Below are positions 23,696 through 34,187 of a stretch of 64,000 nt of DNA, one piece after another. The position numbers were made by a program, and so were the translations under genes. The notes under the pieces were generated by a model. The model searched no databases. It saw only the letters and a program-made list of their open reading frames with translations, and was not told where the DNA came from. Where the stretch lies: the NCBI GenBank assembly GCA_025558095.1, contig JAIVFI010000018.1:1-64000 (forward strand), written 5' to 3'. This DNA comes from Hyaloraphidium curvatum SAG 235-1 (taxonomy: Eukaryota; Fungi; Monoblepharomycota). Within the stretch, counting starts at the first letter, position 1; every line of letters begins with the position of its first letter.

Positions 23696-25658
23696 ATGAT
23701 CCCGCCAACGGCGGTCTGTGATGGGCAGGACGCAAAGGCCCCAATGCAGGCCGGCGGCCCGACGGCGACTCGGGCATTCACCCGGCCCCGTGACCCCCGG
23801 AACGGCCCCGCGATGAGCGCCGGCGCCGACGCGGCCCGCATCGACTCGGCCATCGCGCTGGACGACGACGCGTGCGCGTGCGGCGCGGCGGGCGGCGGCG
23901 GCTGCGGGGGGCTCTGCGCGGCCGCCGGCGAAACCGCGCGCCGCGACAAGGGGAAGGGCAAGGCGCCCGAACCGCAGGTCGCCGACATCGGTGGGCATTT
24001 TATTGGAGGCCGGACTGTTCCGGGGCCCGTTTCTCCCATACAGGCGGAGGTCTGACTCCCGTCTCCCAGTCTCCGAGGTGCCCTTCGAGATCGCCCTGCG
24101 CATCGCCTACTGGCTGCTGCCGAAGCACGTCGAGAACGGCGGTCTGCGCGATTTGATGGAGTTTGGCGCCGCCTGGTGGGCCCGCCCGTCTCGGGGCTTC
24201 GGGCCGGAGTGCTCACTCGCGGGCCCTTCTCGGCACGCCATCTCCCCCTTATAGTCGCTACTTCCGCCTGGTCGCCTACGACGAGTCGGTCTGGCGCGAG
24301 GCATACGCCCGCCTGCTGATCGGCAAGCAGCTGGCGCCGCACTGCCCGCCGCCCGCGCAGCTGCACCACCTGTGCTCGTTCGCCGCCCGGCCGCACCTCA
24401 TCGAGCGGATGACGGACCACGAGCTGCGCGTGTTTTGCATCGAGCGCCACAACAGACGTGGGTTTTGGCGGCCGGGAGGAAGTCGCCATCGATCTGACTG
24501 ACCCAACTGTGACTGCCTCGTCTTCTTTCGGAACCGATCCGGCTCGCCGCCGATTTGCAGGCCTGGTCGTCATCCCCGACGTCCCCTTCGGCATTCCCCT
24601 CCCCACCGACCCGGACGCGCCCCCGAGTGACCGCGACCGGCCCCGGCGCCGCTTCCTCGCCTCGGACGTTCGCCCGCAGGACACCCCCGACTCCTTCTTC
24701 CTCCCCCCCGACGTGACCAACGTCCCCTCGGCCATCTCGCACCTCGCCCGCTCCGACCTCGTCGAGCTCGCCACCCGCCGGGTGTACCTCTCCCCCGCGA
24801 TCCCGGACGCCCTGCCGTTCGCGAGCAGGTTCCAGCTCGCGTACGCGACCGCCCTGCGTGACGCCAGGCGGACCTTCCTCACGGAGCACGAGCTGGTCAA
24901 CATGCGCTGGAGCGTGAGGTTCAGGGATTCGAGCTGGTTCGGGTGGGGGAGCGGCGGGAGGGTGTGGGCGAGGCACGAGAGGGGCGGCGGGATGCAGGTG
25001 GGTGTTAAAAGGGCGATCGAACGTCGCGTCAGGCGTTAACTCCGTTGTTCTTGATTCCGACCCACAGCTCGGCGACATGCTCTTCCACTGGCGCTTCCTC
25101 GGCGACCCCGACGGCGAGGTGCGCCCGAGCTTCCCCCCCGCGCGCGGCCCGTCGCACCGCGTGCACGGCGCAGGCTACGTGAGCGCCGAGCGAGCCAGGT
25201 GGAAGAACGCCGACATCCTCAACAGGCGGAGGCTGGTGCAGGTGCGTCGTCGGGCGCCGTCGGATGCTCGCTGCTTCTGACGCATTTCGTATGGGATGGA
25301 CGCACAGTGCGAGCGCTACGCCCCCAAGACGGTCCGCCGCACCCCCGACTGGGGCTGGACCCTCAAGAACCCCAACGTCAAGTACACCTCCCTCTCGCAG
25401 GAGGACCCGCCCGCCTCTTCCTCCTCCGGTCCTGGGCAGCCCGGCGCGCCGACCCCGGCCCCTACGCCGACCCCGACTCTCGCGATGGCGCCGGCCGCCG
25501 CGCAGCAGCTGGTGGCGATCCTGACGTCGCCGCTGGGGTACGGGTTCGTGCAGATGGGGGGGCAGGAGGAGGAGGAGGAGGAGGAGGAGGACGATGACGG
25601 GGAGATGGCGGAAGAGGACGGTGCGTTCCCATGGCGGTTTGGTCGATCATTGGTCTGA
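23696..25658 (+). CDS. Multi-exon hypothetical protein with a possible F-box-like segment and acidic C-terminus
   Basis: Chain of coding-like exons (VPFEIALRIAYWL...; YDESVWREAY; LTEHELVNMRWSVRF; RTPDWGWTLKN) separated by GT-AG introns; start uncertain. Confidence 0.6.
25565..25591 (+). repeat. (GAG)n microsatellite encoding poly-Glu
   Basis: gaggaggaggaggaggaggaggag run inside the last exon. Confidence 0.8.
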
Positions 25659-26135
25659 CGTACGTCCCCTTGTTCGAACGCGCAGACATGAGCGACCAGG
25701 AGCGCGACGACGAGGAGACCAGGATCCTGCAGGAGCACCGCTGGATCGCCGGCTCCGCGTTCGGCAGCGACTAAAGGACCACCGGGTACCGCACGCCGCG
25801 GGGACGGATCGCTTTGGGACCGGAAGGGAGTAGAGCGGAGCCGGACCGGGAGCAGCACGTCAAGTGTCGGAACAGTCAGTTTTGGGAATAACCATCTCCA
25901 GTTGCCGTACTCTGCGCCCCCTCCCGACCGTCGTCGAGGACGGCATCTCCCGTGTCCGAGGACTTTGGGACTCGGGTCCGGACTGACTGATTCCGTGCCA
26001 CTGACAGTCGCCGAACTTCATTGCGAAGACATTGCCACACACGACCAAGCCAATTCCCCATTCCTGACTGTACAACCCGGCGGCGACCGTCCTTGCTGGT
26101 CAGCCGGAAACCCCGCTATCGTCCTCGGAGCCCTT

Positions 26136-29100
26136 TCAGCGCTTCGCAGTGACCGTCTTGAAGATCGTCGACCTGATGGTTGTTTTCGCGATCTGGGTGG
26201 GAAGGGCAGTGAGTGACCGGCAGAGCGGCGCCGCGAGGGTGGGCCCGACGCACCGTAACTTTGACCGTCGCCGTAATCGTCGATTTGATCGTCGTTTTCA
26301 CCGTGACCTGCAGCAAAGGGGTTCAGGTTCCTCGAGGATCGGCCCGCGCGCCCGCAACCCACCTTGGAGGTCGACACCTGGGTCGAGGTGGCCACCTTGG
26401 TGGTCGTACGGATCGTCGTGGCCGTTTTCGTTGCGGTCACAGTGATTTTGGCGAGGCTGGTGGTCTTGGTCCGCGTCGAGAAGATCGTGGTGGGCTGGAT
26501 CGAGGTCAGCGTGGCAAAGACCGTCGTCGTCGTCGGCACGGTCAGGGTCGAGGAGATTGTGACGGGCGCCGGGGGAGGGAGGGTGACGGTTGAGGTAGAG
26601 ACCAGAGTGGTCGTGACCTGCAGCGTGGCCGTGCCGCCGGGGAGGGTGGTCGTCGAGACGGACGTGACCGTTGCCGTGCTGACAGCCGTCTGCGTCGAGA
26701 CAGAGACGACGGTGCTCGTCTGCAGCAGGGTGCTCGTTTGCACCAGGGTGCTGGTCTGGACCAGGGTGGCAGTGGTCGTGACGGTCTGGATCGGAACCAG
26801 ATGAGCGCGGGAAGCAGCTCTGGTGCGGAAGGGGGCCTTACCAGGGTTTCGGTCGGCAGAAGCGTCGGCGTCTCCGTCGTCTGCGTGGTTGCGGCCGTGA
26901 ACGGGTTCTGCTCGTCCACGCGCAGGGGCGACGAGTCGAGCCGGCCGCACGTTTGCACCCCGTGCGGGGCGAAGCACGTGTAATTGGGGCCGTTCGTGCA
27001 TCCGGGCTCCACGTCGATGATGTACGAGAAGATGAAGGGCACAAGGTCCGACGGTACGAGCACCGAGTCCGTGCAGTGGTCCGCCCCGTCCGACCAGACT
27101 GTGTTCCCGAAGCCGTCCTGCTGCCAGCGCAGCTCTTGCCTGAAATCCACTGCTCGAAGATGGGCAATGCGGCCGCGAGCGTCAGTCACCGTCCACAGCA
27201 CCGCGCTGGCGCAAACACCCACGGGCCTTGACGCTGTCGGGCAACCACTCGACGGACATGACGCCGTCCACGCCCACTGGGATCGCGTCCACGTAGAACT
27301 TCTTGGCCCTCACCAGGCTCCTTCCCCGCAGCTTTTGGGGACCGTACTCGTCGCACGACGCCTGCTCGTAGGTCGCGGGCCACTCATTGGGCCGCGTGCC
27401 CGGGATGAAAGCCACATTGATCGATGTCAAGTTGCCCGAGCCCACTGAGCAGGAGACGGAGAAAAGAGCCATCAAGACCTGGAAGACGGGTTGACCGCCC
27501 AAGCCACGCACCGTTCGCCGCGTCCGCGCAGGTGTCCGTAGGCGAGAAGAAGAAGCCGACCGAGTAGAACCCGGGAGCAGGCGTGGGGCTCGGTCCCCAC
27601 GTTTCGGTCAGCGTGGCCGTCCCTGTAGGGAACTCGGTGGCAGTCCCCGTGGGGAACTCAGTGGTTGTGCCCTGTGTGCGGGGGAGAGATCGTTAATCCA
27701 CGAGCCGCGTTCGCTGGCGGCGCACCCACCGTCGGCGTCGCCTCCTTCCACCCGATCCTGATGGGCGAGTCCTGCAGCGGCCCGCACCAATCCACTTCGG
27801 ACATGCCGGCGTTGGTGTACCTGCAGTAGGGCTCCGAGCCGTTGTACGGGCTCGAGCACGACCTCACCAGCTACGTGCGATCCGTCAGCCCAGCCGCCTG
27901 GTCGGCCAGCAGCGATCCAGCAACCCACTTGGAACTCCACCGAGTTGACGTTGCCGAGCTCCAGCGGGTCCCAGCACCGCCCAATGAACCCGATCTTCTG
28001 CATGATGAGGGCTGCTCCCACGTCAGCCGCGCTCCTATCCGTCGCGTTCAGCCTACTCACGATTGCTCTTGACCGACGCCGGGAACCAGCTCTCCATGCC
28101 GATGATCCCCTCGGCCGACACGCCCGCGGCCTCGGTGGAGAAGTAGGTCTTGTACCTGTAGTTCAGCCCGCCCGTGCCGCCCTGGCAGGAGGCGTCGGAG
28201 AAGGAGTTGGGCGGGGGAGCGGCGTTGTCGCCAAAGTAGTAGCTGGCGACCGCAAGGTCGAGGGTGTCGCTGCGCTGCAGCGCGGCGGGGTCGAACACTG
28301 CGGCACAGGGCGATCAGCCACGGCCCGGACCTGCGCGCCGCGTAAGCCCACCTTCCGCCTCGGTCTCGCAAGTCGAGTACGCGGCGGTCGACCACCTCCA
28401 GAAGGCGTACCTGGGCGTCGCCGGCCCCGTGGGCTGCGCGGTGCCCGTAAGCGTCGGCGTCGGCGTTAGCGACGGCCCGACGGGCTCCTGCGAAATCGTC
28501 CGTCAGCGTCGTGCCGGATTGAGGGGACGGAGCCTCACCGTCGTGGTCGCGAACCCGGTCGTCGTGCCCGATCCGTTGGGATCCACGCCGAGCCGGAGCG
28601 GGGACGAGGCCAGCTGGCCGCAGTACCCGACCTCGTAGCCAAACATCCCTTGGAAACACGAGTACGACTCGAGCGTGGCGCAGGACACGAGCGACTGCAG
28701 CCCGCGGGGTGAGGTCCCGGTGCGCGGAACTGGCGAGGATGCACCCACGTCGAAGCGGATCTGAACGATCTTGGGGACGTCCTCCGTTGTGAGCGCCCTG
28801 TTGCACGGGTCCACCCCCGCGCCAAACGTGACGCGTTGGTAGATGCGCGCTGGTGGCCGCCCGATCAGATCCCTGGAGGCACGGGAACGTTGCGCGGGGT
28901 TCACCCACGTTTGGTCTTGACGTCCGCCGGGATCCACGGCTCCAGCCCAATAATCCCTTCGGGTGACACGTCCCACGCCTGCTGCTGGAAGGTGAAGTGC
29001 CTCGAGAAGTACTGGGCGCCACCGCCGCCAGGGTAGTCCGTGCAGGACGTCCCCGTGAAGGTCGACAGGTTGGAAGAGTAGAAGGCGTTGGGCTCGGAGA

Positions 29101-30259
29101 AGTACTCGGCCGAGGCGAGGGAGAGGAAGCCGGACGCGGGATGGTCGACCGAGAAGACTGCAGGGATGGGGACGAGGTAAGCTTCAGCACACAAATGGAG
29201 GTGCACAACTCGTACTCGAAGACGAGTTCTCGCAGGTGGAGTGGAACTCCTTCTTCCACGCCCAGACGGCCTGGCGGCGGAACGGAGTACTCGTCGGGGA
29301 GGTGCCCGTGCCAGTGCCCGTCGGTGATTCCGTCGTCGCCGGCTGCGTTTCCTGCATCTGAGGTGTCAGCCGCCGAGCAAGTACGGGGACGCCGCAAACC
29401 CACAATTGACCCCGTCGTGGTCGTTGCTGTTGTCCCCCCTTGATCGATCCTCAGCGGGGACGAGGCAAGCGGGCCACAGTACGACACTGTAGGCCCGTCG
29501 ATGTCGAACGCGCTGCAGTAGGTCAGCGCGGGGGAGCAGCTCGGCGCGCGCTGCGGATCGGCGTGAGCGTGCTCCGGGCGGGCGCTATAAGGAAGACCCA
29601 CGGCGAAGCGGACCCTGCGGATGTTGGGCAGGTCGGCGGCGACGAGGGCGCGGTTGCAGGGGTTGACGCCGTCGGCGAAGATGATCTGCTGCTGCATCGT
29701 TGCTGGACAAGCGGTTGGGACAGTGAGCTGCGGCGCCGAGTCCGCGGTGGGAGACCCACCGAGCGTCTTGACCGAGTCCGGGAAAAAGGACTCCATGCCA
29801 ATGATGCCCTCGGCCGAGACCGGCCAGCCGTCGCGCCCGAAATAGTACTGCTTGTTCCATGCGTCCCCGCCTTGTGTGCAGGGCGCGTCGGCGAACGGCA
29901 GCGCCGAGATGCCGTCGTTGATGTACCACGGCAGGGCGGTGGAGTTGACGTAGGTGACGTACTCGCGGGCGCTGACGGCGGCGTCCCCGGGCGGCACCGA
30001 GAAGACTGCGTTTTGTGGTCAGCGGCGCGGGGGCCGTGCAGCGGGCGGGCGCACCTCCGTCCCCGGCCGGGCACGCCGAGTGCGGCGGCGACCAGAAGTA
30101 CCATATTGCCGTGAAGTTGGACTGCGTGTCGCGCGGCGCGAGGGCGTGGGGCGCGGGGGCGTGCGGCGCGGGGTGCGCGGGGTGCGCGGCAGCGGGCGAT
30201 GCGAGGAGCGCGGCGGCCGCGAGCGCCGCGACGCGGAGGACGCCGCTGGCGGGCGGCAT
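26136..30259 (-). CDS. Large secreted/cell-wall protein with four copies of an unrecognised Cys-containing domain and a Thr/Val-rich C-terminal tail
   Basis: Signal peptide MPPASGVLRVAALAAAALLASPAAA; motifs EGIIG.ES(W/F)FP..VK and CG.L..SP(L/I)R recur four times; many short introns; ends KTVTAKR* (TGA 26136). Confidence 0.8.
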
Positions 30260-31729
30260 TTCGGGGAGTGGGCGGCGCCGGTAGATCGGCGCGTTTCGTG
30301 GGTGGAACGGGAAGTTCAGTGGTGACTAGCGAGTCTGACTGCTCGGGGGGATTGGCTGGTCGTGGCGCAGGGGATGACGTAGCTCGAGTCAAATTTCCAT
30401 CGTCGGCCGCCTTGTCCCGCCGTAGCGAGTTGCAAAAGGCAAGGAAACTGCAAATCGCGGCTTTTGACGCCCCTGTCCCCGGCCCCCGCGGCTTCGACAA
30501 GCGGGGCGCGCTCTCCCGCACCGCATCTGGACACTTGGGGAGAGGCCTAGGCACTCGCTACAAGCTCCTCACGCTCCGCAGACAGACAACGGGGAAGAAT
30601 CGTGCATTTCGAACAAATCAACGATTTCCACGAATCCTGACCCCGGTCCAGAGGTTCGGACCGTCGCGGCCGTTTGATCCCCCATCCTCGACCGACGGGC
30701 CCCGCCGAAGGCGCCCGCGGCTGGTCCACACAGCCGTGCCCATTTCATTGCCCTTTTCCATTTCTGCAGATCCAGCACGAGAACCCAGCGCGGGTCAATG
30801 TCCTGTTCCGGCCCACCATCGCGGTATTCCATGCGGGTGCCGTTTGCTGACCGACCCTCGACACCTCGGAGCCGAATTTTCGCTGCGGTCCCACCGGAGC
30901 GCACTCCGGGGCCACATTGTTTCGGACGAGGCCCTTCGAGAACGGTCGCAGTCGACGGCGCCAAATCGGATGGACCCCCTGTGATGTGGCTCGATTCTCG
31001 GGGTCCGGGGGACACCAGTAATTCCCGCCTCCATGCTGCCGTCCTCGGGACCGACTGTAGGTCAGATGGCGAGGCCAGGAAGAACCGGAGCCTCCGGAAT
31101 TCCCCGAGGTGTGACCGGCAGAGGCGATTCCGGAGGTGCCGCGTGGCGTTGGTAGCGCAAATGTTGGAGGCGCCCGCCATCTCCACAAAGATGAATAACG
31201 GAGAATGCCGTGATTCGGTCTGACCAGCGCCCGGGGGCCAGGGGCCCGAACCGCCGCCTTTTCCGCCCGCCACCGGCCGGTGCGTCCCTCGAGCACCAAC
31301 CCGCCCGTCCCTCAACCGCGCCGGCGCGAGCTCCCCGGCGGCGAGCCGGAGGCAGGCCGGAACTCCGAGCCGCGGGCTTTCGCTGGGCCGGAGGAACTCC
31401 CTACGGCCGCTGGACCCGAAGGTTTGCGGCTGCGGGGCGGCGGGCGGCGGCACGGCTGGTGCGTCCCAGGGATGGCCTCGACGCTCCCCCGCGACCTGTG
31501 CGCCGGCTGGTGCCAAGACGGGTGGCCGTGGAGGGAGTCCACCATAAGGAGAACAGACCCGTGCATCAGCTGCCCCCGCGGTGCGACGGCGGGGCTTGGG
31601 GAAGGACCGATTTGCCTTCTTGTGACTAATAGTCATCCGCCTGGACCGCGCCGTTCCGCCGGACCGAAACCCACCGGCCACAGAGAAAATACAGCCTGCG
31701 TACCGCGGAACCAGCAGCGCACCGCCGCT

Positions 31730-33844
31730 ATGCCCGTGCTCGCCACCGGCGGGCGCCCGCCGGGCCGCTCCGCGGAGCCCGACGCCGACGACGACAGCAA
31801 CGACTGGGGCAGTCTCGTGCAGCGCGCCGAGGCGTACGCCCACGCGGACGACGCCGACGAGGAGGAGGACGACCGCGACAGCGCCGTGTCGCTGCACTCC
31901 GGCGGGGGCACCGGCCGCCGCGGCCGCGGCGCGCACTACGTGCCGGCAAAGTGGGGTGCCGCCGACGTCGACGGCCACGCGAGCCTGCCGTCGGCCGCGG
32001 GCTCGGTGATCAGCCTGGCCAAATTGCCGCTGGCGAAATTGGGCGCCGGCAGTGGGCCGGTCTCCCCGAACTCGTGCTCCTCCGAGGCGTTCCTGCCCTC
32101 CCCCGGCCACCCCCGGGACGTGCACGTGCACCGCAGCATGTCGGACCCCGGCTTCCCGATCGGCTGGAGCACCGACCGCGAGCCGCCCTTCTCGGCGTAC
32201 GGCCCCGCCTTCCCCATGCCGACGCAGTCGCGCTCCGCCGCGCTGGCCGTGGCCGACGCCCCCGCGATCTCGGACCTGCTGCTGCCCTCGCTCACGGGCT
32301 ACTTTGCGCACTTCCACCGCCTGTTCCCGCTGCTGCACCGGCCCACCTTCGAGCGCGCGTTCCGCAGCGGCGCATCGGCCTACGGCAACAAGCGGCCGCT
32401 CGCCCTGACCTACGCCGCCGCGGCCGTCGGCGCCGCCGAGATCGAGGACGTCCCGGACGCCCAAAAAATCGCCTACACGCGGTGGTGCTGCAACCGCGCG
32501 AGGGACCTGCTGCTTGCACAGGGTGCCGCGGACCTCGAATCCGCGCAGGCGCTCTGCCTGCTGATGGACGTGATGCTCAGGGCGGGGGAGCCCGCGAGCA
32601 TGCTGCCGCTGGTGCAGCGCGCGGCGCTGATCGTGGACAAGCTGTACCTGAGCATGCCGCCCGGGTTCCCTCCCGACGCCGAGTCGTGGGCCATCCGCGA
32701 GATGGTGCTGCGGCTGCGCATCTACGTGGCCGCCTACGACGTCGGCACCGCCTCGACGACAGGCAAGCCCACCATCGGGCACTACTGGCACGCGCACAAG
32801 TTCCCCATCCCCGCCACCGAGGCCGAGTTCGACTCGCCGGATCCCGAGGCGGCGCACATGACGGCCGAGGCGCGGTACGACGCCGGACTGGAGCCCACCG
32901 TGGACTTTGGCAAGTCCGACTACGCCTCCATCTCCTCGGCCATGCGCATCCTCGCCGGCGCGCCGTTCGGCGGCGGCGGCTCGGTGCTTTCGATGCTCCA
33001 TCTTGCCAACTACGCCTCCCACATCCGGGACTCGCTCCTCTCCTCCGCACCCGGCCCATCGGGAACCGACCGCCGGCACAAAACCGCCGTGCAATCCGCC
33101 CTCTGGGACGCCACCACGGGCGCGCTGCCCCCCGACATCTGCAAGGGCCTCGCCCGCGGCGACGCCGGCCCCCTCCTGCGCGGGTGGAAGGCCTACTTCC
33201 CCGACCCCGCGCACGCCCACGCCGCGCTGCAGTCCTTCCTCCTCGCCAAGCGCGCGGCGATCGAGGTGTTTGCCCGCTCGGGCTTCGTCGCCGCCGCCGT
33301 CTCGCGGTGCTCGCGCTTCGTCCGCACCCTCGACTCGACCATCAAGCACGACCCCGCGCTGCCGTACTGCCACTCCGGGCTGGCGAGCCCGGCGGCGGCG
33401 GTGGGGAGGATGCTGATCGACGAGGCGAGGCAGCTGCAGGACCACCCGGGGCCGTTCGAGACGCCCGAGGAGCGGACGGAGAGGGAGAGGCGGAAGGAGG
33501 AGCTGATCATGCAGGCGAGGATATGTTGCCGCGTACTGGGGAGGCTGGGCGCCGTGTACGGCCTGAACTGTGGGTGTCTGGCCGGCGCTGCGGTTCTCGA
33601 TCGCAATATGTTGACGCAGGCCCCCCTTACAGTGAGACAGGCGGCCAAGGGCTACCACGCCGAGATGGTCGCCGCCGGCTGGGCCTCGGCCACGTGCCCG
33701 TCGGCGTCGCTGAACGACCTGTCGGAGGAGGAGGCCGAGTTCCGCTCGGACGTGGGGAGCCACGGGCACACGGAGGAGTTCGGGGGGTCGACGGTGCTGT
33801 TTGCCGAGGAGAAGATGGCGAGAGGGGTCGTCGGGGCGGCTTGA
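31730..33844 (+). CDS. Fungal-specific transcription factor (Fungal_trans / middle homology region) protein
   Basis: YFAHFHRLFPLLHRPTF, LALTYAAAAVGA, ESAQALCLL, REMVLRLRIY..YD; start uncertain; probable in-frame intron near 33.6 kb. Confidence 0.8.
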   Translation: MPVLATGGRPPGRSAEPDADDDSNDWGSLVQRAEAYAHADDADEEEDDRDSAVSLHSGGGTGRRGRGAHYVPAKWGAADVDGHASLPSAAGSVISLAKLPLAKLGAGSGPVSPNSCSSEAFLPSPGHPRDVHVHRSMSDPGFPIGWSTDREPPFSAYGPAFPMPTQSRSAALAVADAPAISDLLLPSLTGYFAHFHRLFPLLHRPTFERAFRSGASAYGNKRPLALTYAAAAVGAAEIEDVPDAQKIAYTRWCCNRARDLLLAQGAADLESAQALCLLMDVMLRAGEPASMLPLVQRAALIVDKLYLSMPPGFPPDAESWAIREMVLRLRIYVAAYDVGTASTTGKPTIGHYWHAHKFPIPATEAEFDSPDPEAAHMTAEARYDAGLEPTVDFGKSDYASISSAMRILAGAPFGGGGSVLSMLHLANYASHIRDSLLSSAPGPSGTDRRHKTAVQSALWDATTGALPPDICKGLARGDAGPLLRGWKAYFPDPAHAHAALQSFLLAKRAAIEVFARSGFVAAAVSRCSRFVRTLDSTIKHDPALPYCHSGLASPAAAVGRMLIDEARQLQDHPGPFETPEERTERERRKEELIMQARICCRVLGRLGAVYGLNCGCLAGAAVLDRNMLTQAPLTVRQAAKGYHAEMVAAGWASATCPSASLNDLSEEEAEFRSDVGSHGHTEEFGGSTVLFAEEKMARGVVGAA

Positions 33845-34187
33845 AGGTTGATGTTGTGTGTATTGTGTTCTGTGCCGGGGAACCGTCGCTTGCTCTCCAA
33901 CCGTGAAGGGATGGATGGGTCCATCGAAGTCATCGAGGTCGGGGTGGGGCGCCTCCCCCCAATCCCGCATCCACGTGCCGGACGGCGGATCTGCCATCAA
34001 CAGCACCGAATCCCTCCACATCACACAATTTCGGGCCTGTCCAAGCACGTATTGCCGGGGGATGGGGATGGGGACGGGCTGACTCGCTGGTTGCCGCAGC
34101 GCTTTCCACCGCCGCCCGCGCAAGGCCGCCGGGATCCCCACCCGCACAACCCCCCCTTCTGACCCGGATCCGGCCTCAAGTTCCGCG

